A stretch of DNA of 27,093 nt from a virus (Duplodnaviria; Caudoviricetes): positions 1-27,093 of the IMG/VR virus record IMGVR_UViG_3300020374_000030; one strand, given 5' to 3'. Position 1 is the first letter of the stretch; every line of letters starts with the position of its first letter. The position numbers and the translations under genes were made by a program. Positions 14,714 to 22,444 of this stretch are shown piece after piece. The notes beneath the pieces were generated by a model, which was given only the letters and a program-made list of their open reading frames with translations, was not told the origin of the DNA and did no database searches.

Positions 14714-17700
14714 TTAGTTATTTATTTGATTTTCAAGATCATCTACCTTCGCAGATAATTCTTTAATTGCTTCTATGAGAAGTGGTACTAATTTTTCATA
14801 TTGCACCGTCAAGTAATCATGATTGCTAGGTGCAGGTTTAACTGCCTCTGGTAATACCTGCTGAACATCTTGAGCAGAGACACCAGCAAATCTTTCATCA
14901 CCTGTATCAATTAAACATTCATCAAGAGCAATTCTATTATGTTTGTAAGTAAATCCATTTATCGCATTAACTTTTTCTAATGCCTTTGTGATTGGTGATA
15001 TTTCATCTTTGAGTCTGATGTCAGATGTAAGTGCTGTTATATCGCCAGTGACTTCTAAGTCACCAGTAATTTTCGCACCATTTCTTTTAACTCTAAACCT
15101 CTCCTCTACAGTAGCAGAACCTAAATTACCAGAGGTAGGTACTCTAAATATTAGTTCACCATCAGTTGCTCCAGTTCCACCACCTGTAGCAATCATCTGT
15201 ATTCTCGCATCACCATCTCCACCTGATCTTTTGAAATCAATATAAGGTCCTTCGTTACTAGCAGATCTAGAAAGTTCAATACCACCATCGGTAGTCAAAG
15301 ATACACTACTACCAGCTCCTACATTCGTTATGCGAATTTTATCCCCACTAATCGTAGTCGCACCAGCAATCGTTGTAATTCCTGTGATTACTACTCCAGA
15401 TGTATTGGCACCAATTCTTTCTACATCATTTGAATCTAACAACTGACTATTATTAATACCTTCTAAATTTGATCCATTACCATAATAACTTACAGCATGA
15501 ACCTCTGACCACTTGTTACTAGTGCTACCTAAATCCCTACTATCATCAGTTTTAGGAATAAGATGTGAATTAAATCTTCCACCAACTAATATTGTGTCAG
15601 TTGATATATCTCCGAGTGATACATCACCCTTGGCATTAAGTATTCCACCAATTGATACACTTCCAGTAATATTAAGATCACTTGAAATTCCAACACCACC
15701 TGTTACAACCAGTGAACCAGTTGTGGCTGATGTTGATTCTGTAGTAGATTTTATCTTAACGACATTTTTATTTTGAACCTCTTCATTAAATGTAACAGGT
15801 CCATCAAATTCTGATAATGAGGTTTTTGATTTACCACCTTCAACTACAAGTCTTTCTTTAACTGTTACCTCATCAAATACTACACTTAATCTACTAGGAT
15901 CTTCTCCAGCAACAGATGGTATTGGTGTATCAAATGATGTCTCCTCACCAGTAAGTGCAGACTTCTTCTGGTTTCCAATATAAAAGTCACCCTTGTTGTT
16001 CATACCAGTATAAACCACAGCACCAGCAGATCTTTCTTGTGATTGAGATAAGAACTCTTCTTTCTCAGATATAGTCTTGAGTTGAACCTGTGGTAATGCA
16101 GTAGAATAGTTACCAGGACCATAACCAAGATACTCAAACGTATGACCTGATGCTCTCAATATGGATGGTCGGTTGAATTGGATCGGGAATGGTTTAACTT
16201 TCTTAATCAATGATCCAAGATCATGAGAAGAAGTTACCGTTCCAAACACACCACGAATTACTGTGAGTTCATTATTACTTCCACCTCCCAGAGAGTTTGT
16301 AGAAACTCTCATAATCTCTTCATCTATTTGAATATATGATCCATATGGGAATCTATCTAGAATATTTGTAGTTGATGTGTTGAATGTGACTGCAGATCCT
16401 ACATTATTCATCGTAGTGTTTAATTTACCACTCTCTAAATCAAATAATTCAACACCTCTAATTCCAAGATTTTCACTTCCTTTTGCAGATATTCCATCAT
16501 TTGCCGATAAACCATGTTTTAGAATATATCCATTTGCTTGTACAATGTCAGATGTGGATTCAAATGTGAATGTGTTAACACCAACCCTAGTCTTAACTAT
16601 AAATGATCCCTGATTGACGTTTACTGAACTGTTTAACTGGAATCTATTTCCTGCAACGAGTCCGTGAGGCTCAGTTGTTGTTACTGAAGCAATACCAGTT
16701 GAAGATATGAAAACTTCACTTGAGATTTTTGATGATGGACTTCCTACAAATCCATATTGTCCAGCAATTGGTAAAACATCACCAGAACTTTTTGCAACTG
16801 ACACTTGTCTTTTGTCAACAGCAGATAGAATTCTAAAATATCCATCAGAAGTTACACCAATACCTGTTGTTTGTATAACCAAATCTGATGATATACCTAT
16901 ATTAGATGCAGTTAATCCAGCACCAGCAGCACCACCATCTAAGTAGGTAGTATCACCACCAGCTATGACAGTTTTATCAAAATATCCTTTATTACCTACC
17001 TGCCATCCAGATCCAGTATTTGTTATGTCAAATGCTGTTACTTTACCACCACCTACAACAACTGTTGCTAGTGTTCCATTCCATGTTGAATCATTTTGAG
17101 TTGTACTATTAAATACTTTAACGTTAAAATGTGTACCGTTATTATAACCACTACCACCAGTACCATTAACAACAGCAGTTACAATACCAGCTATACTATG
17201 CTCCTTTGTGAAAGAAACAATACCTGTAGTTGAATTATTAGTGAATGATAGAATTGATAAACCAATACCAATTTTATTCATCAATTTATCATTTGTTTCC
17301 CTTGTAATACTCTTAAGTGGATCATTTGTGATGACCTCTCCGAGTGGTGATCTAGATGCAAATGTCTTTGATGCCTGTGGATTTTCTTCTACATTATCTC
17401 TGTCAATTTGTGGATATACATCAACAACATTTTGACTGTAATTTAATCCCGTGTACTCTGTAGGAACAAAATTACTTGAATTTAACGCAAATACTTGATA
17501 TACACCATCTTGTGTATCATTAATATACTCCGAAATAATATTATTTCTGAATATATAGATGTTTGATTTTAAATCTGTTCTCTCAAATCGAGGATAATTT
17601 ATTGAACTATCACTGGTTTTATCATTAAAATTATTTGTAGAGAAATTCTGAATTGTTTCATTGCCTGTCGAATATTCAAAAGTTAAATTATTTGGAATAC

Positions 17701-20377
17701 TTGTGACAGTAGCTTCTCTATTATAACCACTATTTCCAATACCACTTGTATTAGAAGTATCGGTGACATTTTTAACTGTAATTAAATCACCAACTGTTAA
17801 ATTATGTGGTCTCTCTGCTGTTATTGTAACTACCTTTACAGCATTATTAAAGGTACAACTACTAATAAATCTTGGGTTTCTATTACGTAAAAAATCTTCT
17901 CTAGTTAAAACACCCTTTTGCGTGAAGTCAGATACTGATGTAATACCTGTATTTGATGATTCTTGAATTACAAATCCATTTTCAGGATTCTTGGCATTGT
18001 CTATTTCTTTTGGGATTGCCAATCTAAGTTTATAGATTCTTTCATCCAAACTTCTAGTATCAGATATTCTCTTAACAAAAGATGGTTCAGTTCTTCCAAC
18101 TGATCCTGTTAAAGAACCTACGATTGTATTACCAGATCTAACATTCACATACCATTGTGATCCATCCCATTGAACTGGGTGACCAACATCTCCACTATCT
18201 TTATCGGTAACTCTACTTAATACTTTTAAATTTGTTCCCCTGTAAGCTTTTACAAAATCACCATTATCTGCGTTTGTTTTTGATGATGCTAATCTAAATT
18301 GAGTTGCACTTACTCTAATTACAAAATATACAGTTTTTTCTACAATATTTTCAGGTATATCTCCATCATCACTTGTAATAATAACTTTTTCACCTGTTGA
18401 TAGTTGATGATCTGAACCACCAAATGTAAATAGACCATTGTCATGGGAACTCACAATAATTTCTTTTACACTATTTGTGGTTGGATCTCCATTATTACTA
18501 TTCATCAATATTTCTGCTTCTTTAATCACACCAGAAATATCTACAAATAATTTATCACCTCTCTTCGCACCAATTCTAAATCCCTGTGTAAGAGACGGTG
18601 GTTTGATATCTTCAGATTCAAATCCAAATAGATATAATTTTTTAGTGTCGCTATTCTTGCTCTGATCAATAGAAACCCAATCAATATTTTCCTCTGCAGT
18701 TGTAATTGCTCTTGGTGGTATAATGTGTGTTATAAATGCTCTATCATCTTTTTGGAATGCATTTTTCTTAAATCCATCTGATACAAGAGCTAACTGACCA
18801 AAGTTTGAGTTAGAGTTAGTAATTGACGCATCGGAACCAGATCTTGCTTCAAAATGTGTATTATATCCAATCGCAAATACAGAAACAATTTGTAAAATAG
18901 CATCATTTGATATTTTAACGTGTCTAGTTTCCCATCCACTTCTGTAAATTGCATTTGAATCTAAATGATATATTTGATTTGAATTCTTTGCCGAGGATTC
19001 ATTAGCTAATGCTTCACCAGAAGTAGTAGTGGTGGATAAACCTTCATAGATTCCACTTGTGGGATTATATTTTACAAAAGAACGATCATCTTTCTGTAGA
19101 GAAACACCAGTAAATTGTGCAACAACCATTGATCTAAATCCTGTTGCATTAGCACCATCGGCATGCATACCATTCATACCAAATACAGATCTCAATGATA
19201 TGTTAAAGATGTATGGTGATGCACCATTCACAGTATCAGTTTCAACAATTATTTTTGCATCAGTAACATTTGATGCTGGTGTTTGAATATCAGATTTAAA
19301 GTCAGCTATCGTATATGTGAATACTCTAGAATTAGATGTATCCACAGTTGTAACTGTTGTTGATATATTATAATCAGATTCATTTACTCCTTTAATACGG
19401 ATTGGAGTTCCAACATCTAAACCATGACTTTCCTGTGTTGTTACGGTAACAACTGGAGATGCAGTCGTTCCATCCCCAGACTGAATACTAGTTATTTTAA
19501 TTGGATCTGGAGCAAAGGAACCAACAATTTCAAACTCTGGTCTTCTAGAGACAAATCCCTCTGTGTTTAAGGGGAATTTTTCTGAAATATTTCTATCTTC
19601 AGTAGCAGTACCATAAGCTATTGATAGCTTATAATAGTACATATTTAAATCAGTTAATCCTGTATCAGTATCATTATTAACTCCATCAGCATACTCAAAG
19701 CAAGTTAACTTATGATGAGAAAATGATGGTTTTACAAAATTTTCAGAACTAAATTCATTATTTTTTACATATACTTTTTCTGATAATTTACCATCAAACA
19801 ATGAAAACTGCCAAAAATAACAAGCACCAGTAATTCTGAATATAGATGAAAAAGGAACTGAATCGTCGGTTGGATTTGGAACATATTTTGGTCTTATCTT
19901 TGTTTTTCTTAAATCTAATCCAACTATTGATGTACCACGAGGGACAATAACCCCACCATTTACACTGTTGAATTTGTACAGTATATTATCTTCTTGATTT
20001 AAATCAAAATTTGAATCTAAATTTAATGAAATTTTGTTTATATTTTCTGCATTAACAGAAGTATAACCAGCGGTGGTAGGTGAGAATATTTTTGCTTCAT
20101 TACCAATATTTTTTACTTTAAAACCAGGTCTATTGTCAATGATATGTTCACCAGGCATTAACAATATAGTTGTTTTTTCGGTTATATCATTATTATTTCC
20201 TGGCACATATGAAAATCTTGCTGCTTCTATCAGTGCTCTTTGTATGGTTTTAAAGGGTGTCGTCTGCGAGTTACCCTGATTTGACATCGCATCACTTGCA
20301 TCTAAATCACTTGGACTTACATAAAGAATACGACCTTCTACGTTTTTTAGGAAATTATCTAACTTATTCAGTGGCAT
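14714..20377 (-). CDS. large virion structural/tail fibre protein (1887 aa) with C-terminal peptidase-S74-type intramolecular chaperone
   Basis: N-terminal LYVSP...GNSQTTPFKTIQRAL; several HGL/HNL-x-x-G beta-barrel repeats; C-terminal TSDIRLK...GVSAQDV...VQYEKLVPLLIEAIKEL. Confidence 0.85.
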   Translation of the reverse strand: MPLNKLDNFLKNVEGRILYVSPSDLDASDAMSNQGNSQTTPFKTIQRALIEAARFSYVPGNNNDITEKTTILLMPGEHIIDNRPGFKVKNIGNEAKIFSPTTAGYTSVNAENINKISLNLDSNFDLNQEDNILYKFNSVNGGVIVPRGTSIVGLDLRKTKIRPKYVPNPTDDSVPFSSIFRITGACYFWQFSLFDGKLSEKVYVKNNEFSSENFVKPSFSHHKLTCFEYADGVNNDTDTGLTDLNMYYYKLSIAYGTATEDRNISEKFPLNTEGFVSRRPEFEIVGSFAPDPIKITSIQSGDGTTASPVVTVTTQESHGLDVGTPIRIKGVNESDYNISTTVTTVDTSNSRVFTYTIADFKSDIQTPASNVTDAKIIVETDTVNGASPYIFNISLRSVFGMNGMHADGANATGFRSMVVAQFTGVSLQKDDRSFVKYNPTSGIYEGLSTTTTSGEALANESSAKNSNQIYHLDSNAIYRSGWETRHVKISNDAILQIVSVFAIGYNTHFEARSGSDASITNSNSNFGQLALVSDGFKKNAFQKDDRAFITHIIPPRAITTAEENIDWVSIDQSKNSDTKKLYLFGFESEDIKPPSLTQGFRIGAKRGDKLFVDISGVIKEAEILMNSNNGDPTTNSVKEIIVSSHDNGLFTFGGSDHQLSTGEKVIITSDDGDIPENIVEKTVYFVIRVSATQFRLASSKTNADNGDFVKAYRGTNLKVLSRVTDKDSGDVGHPVQWDGSQWYVNVRSGNTIVGSLTGSVGRTEPSFVKRISDTRSLDERIYKLRLAIPKEIDNAKNPENGFVIQESSNTGITSVSDFTQKGVLTREDFLRNRNPRFISSCTFNNAVKVVTITAERPHNLTVGDLITVKNVTDTSNTSGIGNSGYNREATVTSIPNNLTFEYSTGNETIQNFSTNNFNDKTSDSSINYPRFERTDLKSNIYIFRNNIISEYINDTQDGVYQVFALNSSNFVPTEYTGLNYSQNVVDVYPQIDRDNVEENPQASKTFASRSPLGEVITNDPLKSITRETNDKLMNKIGIGLSILSFTNNSTTGIVSFTKEHSIAGIVTAVVNGTGGSGYNNGTHFNVKVFNSTTQNDSTWNGTLATVVVGGGKVTAFDITNTGSGWQVGNKGYFDKTVIAGGDTTYLDGGAAGAGLTASNIGISSDLVIQTTGIGVTSDGYFRILSAVDKRQVSVAKSSGDVLPIAGQYGFVGSPSSKISSEVFISSTGIASVTTTEPHGLVAGNRFQLNSSVNVNQGSFIVKTRVGVNTFTFESTSDIVQANGYILKHGLSANDGISAKGSENLGIRGVELFDLESGKLNTTMNNVGSAVTFNTSTTNILDRFPYGSYIQIDEEIMRVSTNSLGGGSNNELTVIRGVFGTVTSSHDLGSLIKKVKPFPIQFNRPSILRASGHTFEYLGYGPGNYSTALPQVQLKTISEKEEFLSQSQERSAGAVVYTGMNNKGDFYIGNQKKSALTGEETSFDTPIPSVAGEDPSRLSVVFDEVTVKERLVVEGGKSKTSLSEFDGPVTFNEEVQNKNVVKIKSTTESTSATTGSLVVTGGVGISSDLNITGSVSIGGILNAKGDVSLGDISTDTILVGGRFNSHLIPKTDDSRDLGSTSNKWSEVHAVSYYGNGSNLEGINNSQLLDSNDVERIGANTSGVVITGITTIAGATTISGDKIRITNVGAGSSVSLTTDGGIELSRSASNEGPYIDFKRSGGDGDARIQMIATGGGTGATDGELIFRVPTSGNLGSATVEERFRVKRNGAKITGDLEVTGDITALTSDIRLKDEISPITKALEKVNAINGFTYKHNRIALDECLIDTGDERFAGVSAQDVQQVLPEAVKPAPSNHDYLTVQYEKLVPLLIEAIKELSAKVDDLENQINN
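14719..14725 (-). promoter_or_regulatory. T4-type late promoter (ATAAATA); weaker TAAATA copies at 11981-11986 and 12686-12691
   Basis: Motif lies about 10-15 nt upstream of the ATG of each downstream gene. Confidence 0.55.
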
Positions 20378-20408
20378 GACACAATAATTCTACTATGATT
20401 CTATGTTC

Positions 20409-20415
20409 TATTTAT
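20409..20415 (-). promoter_or_regulatory. T4-type late promoter (ATAAATA) for the 1887-aa gene
   Basis: ACATAAATAG about 30 nt upstream of ATG 20377. Confidence 0.6.
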
Positions 20416-20448
20416 GTATTAAAATTTGAGTTACTCATTATGGAGGTA

Positions 20449-20562
20449 TTATCTCCAACAGATATTACCTGATATAGAAATTCTTTTGTCACCACTTTCA
20501 CTAAGGAGTGCAAAAGAACGAGAGCAAATGTCTATCTCAACATTTAAAACAAAATCGTCCAT
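20449..20562 (-). CDS. small ORF (37 aa, MDDFVLNVEIDICSRSFALLSESGDKRISISGNICWR), possibly truncated
   Basis: Manual translation; directly downstream of a sigma70-type promoter. Confidence 0.45.
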   Translation of the reverse strand: MDDFVLNVEIDICSRSFALLSESGDKRISISGNICWR

Positions 20563-20581
20563 ACTAATTTACGAATGTTAT

Positions 20582-20609
20582 ATTATAGCATATGTATGTT
20601 TTTTGTCAA
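20582..20609 (-). promoter_or_regulatory. sigma70-type promoter TTGACA-N16-TATAAT with extended -10
   Basis: Minus strand TTGACA (20609-20604), then TGcTATAAT (hexamer 20587-20582). Confidence 0.7.
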
Positions 20610-20788
20610 TTTACTATCCATGTTGAACCATTGTAATATTCCATTTTACTCGTTGTAGTATTGAATATTATTGAACCTGTTACAGTTGAAAGTCCTACTC
20701 GTTCATCTGTGGTATATTTTGGTGGAGAAATTTGTCCATAGACAATACTATTTTCATTTTTCCATACCTGTATATCGTTTTCAGCCAT
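20606..20788 (-). CDS. 60-aa stand-alone fibre-junction module
   Basis: PPKYTTDERVGL...GSIIFNTTTSKMEYYNGSTW resembles the C-terminus of the 671-aa fibre; ATAAATA at 20801-20807. Confidence 0.7.
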   Translation of the reverse strand: MAENDIQVWKNENSIVYGQISPPKYTTDERVGLSTVTGSIIFNTTTSKMEYYNGSTWIVN

Positions 20789-20795
20789 AATATTT

Positions 20796-21395
20796 TTAGT
20801 TATTTATTTCAGATTGTTCTCTTCTATTTATCAATTCTGTTGGGGAAATATTTCTAACCCAACCTGTGCATATGTACTTAGTTTCATATTTGGGAGGATA
20901 ACCTCTATGAACCCAAGGCCACAATGCAGGGAACATTAATATCTTACCCATTTCTGGTTGAATTTTAAGACCAGTATAGAATTCCGTATATCCATCTTCA
21001 TTAATATCATTTAAATACCAAATTATTGTTAATACTCTACTATCCATACCGTCCTGATGCCAGTGGTAAAATCCACCAGGCTTTGTTTCTTGAATTTGAT
21101 AACCAGTGTCCTCTATACGTCCACGAAGACAATCATCAGGAAATGGGTGACTTAACCATTCTTTATATGATTGCAAAGTATCTTTAAATGAATTGTAAAA
21201 TATATTATCTTCTTCTTTCCAATCATCATTATCACTTATTGATAAATCCATTGATTGTTTTACTTCTAAATTCTCACCACTTTCCACTACTCCTTGATAT
21301 TTATTATCATCTTTGTTAAATTTTTCAATACAATGTTTACAAAAATCTTTATCTAGTTTATTTTCTGTAACATATATCAACTCATCAGTATTCAT
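20796..21395 (-). CDS. 2OG-Fe(II) oxygenase, prolyl-4-hydroxylase-like
   Basis: YHWHQD (HxD), IIWYLNDINEDGYTEF, FPALWPWVHRG, KYICTGW. Confidence 0.85.
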   Translation of the reverse strand: MNTDELIYVTENKLDKDFCKHCIEKFNKDDNKYQGVVESGENLEVKQSMDLSISDNDDWKEEDNIFYNSFKDTLQSYKEWLSHPFPDDCLRGRIEDTGYQIQETKPGGFYHWHQDGMDSRVLTIIWYLNDINEDGYTEFYTGLKIQPEMGKILMFPALWPWVHRGYPPKYETKYICTGWVRNISPTELINRREQSEINN

Positions 21396-21404
21396 AAAAT
21401 AATG

Positions 21405-22037
21405 TTAACTCTTCATAATATAGCACAAAGCATAGTAAGGAGGCAAGTTTTTGTCGGTTCCAGACACACCTTGAGAGTTTGTTCCTCTATTATTTGGATT
21501 ACCAGTTGTACCACTCCATGAGTGACTATGATTTCCAGTAGAATTACCAGTATTACCACTAATAGAAATATTTACGGTTGCATTATTTGTTGAATATAAT
21601 GTGTTAGTAATACCTTCATCACTACTTCTTATAGGTACTCTAGGACCGTAGTCTGCGTCAGCACCACCATATCCAGTTTGATACGAGTGACTATGAGTAT
21701 TAGAACCACTACCACTGAAAGTGTGACTGTGATTTGCTGATTGATTTCCAGTATTACCACTTACAGTATGAGTGTGATTATTAATTGTATGACTATGTGA
21801 TACAATTACAGCATCTTTACTACCACCAGCCGCACCAACAGCATAACTATTACCTGCACCTATAACAAATTTGTCCCTTAGATCTGGAGTACTGTTTGAT
21901 CCATTACATAGATACCAACCTGAAGGAATTGCATTTGCAGCACCAGACCACAAACCTATAAAACCAGATGGTATACCAGTTGGTGCAGCACCTGCTACTT
22001 GAACCCATGCTCCACCTGACCTTACTTTTACTGGCAT
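21405..22037 (-). CDS. tail-collar domain / His-rich fibre-tip protein (210 aa)
   Basis: IPSGFIGLWSG...GWYLCNG...TPDLRDKFVIG collar motif; multiple HxH; NLPPYYALCYIMK end; AGGAGG RBS; CTAAATA at 22057-22063. Confidence 0.85.
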   Translation of the reverse strand: MPVKVRSGGAWVQVAGAAPTGIPSGFIGLWSGAANAIPSGWYLCNGSNSTPDLRDKFVIGAGNSYAVGAAGGSKDAVIVSHSHTINNHTHTVSGNTGNQSANHSHTFSGSGSNTHSHSYQTGYGGADADYGPRVPIRSSDEGITNTLYSTNNATVNISISGNTGNSTGNHSHSWSGTTGNPNNRGTNSQGVSGTDKNLPPYYALCYIMKS

Positions 22038-22444
22038 GATAAAATCCTCCTAAGCTTATTTAGTGCGTTTAAGTTCATCAACTTCACCTTTAAGTTCTTT
22101 GATTGCTTCAATTAAAAGTGGTATTAATCTTTCATATCTTACTGCCTTTGTGCCATTATCTTTTCTTGTAGTTGTAAGACCAGGTAATTCAAGTTTTTCA
22201 ACCTCTTGTGCGATAACACCAGTTCTATTATTATCAGCGTCAACAACTAAAGCGTCTGTTCCTACCTCCAGACCCTTCTCGATACCAAATTTCTTATTTA
22301 CTGATGCCATTTATACAGTGTTCTCCGTATGTGTATTTATCAACTAACTCGCATGATATAAGCGATTGCATAATATGGAGGTAAATTAGCATTAGTTGCT
22401 GATGAACCTTGAGAGTTTGTTCCTCTATCATTTGGATTACCAGT
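21468..22444. repeat. 39-bp near-identical pair (21468-21506 and 22406-22444, 1 mismatch); a second 29-bp pair (21769-21797 and 22644-22672, 3 mismatches)
   Basis: Direct comparison; the blocks encode TGNPN(N/D)RGTNSQG and HSHTINNHTH in both fibre tips. Confidence 0.85.
22056..22310 (-). pseudogene. 84-aa internally collapsed tail fibre (fibre N-terminus fused to the second half of an S74 chaperone)
   Basis: MASVNKKFGIEKGLEVGTDALVVDADNNRT joined to GVIAQEVE...VRYERLIPLLIEAIKEL; no SDxRLK motif; frame intact; ATAAATA at 22334-22340. Confidence 0.6.

Noticed and set aside
20420-20480. Degenerate tRNA or inverted segment
   Set aside because: No cloverleaf or T-loop (GTTCRA); inverting the segment does not restore a convincing reading frame
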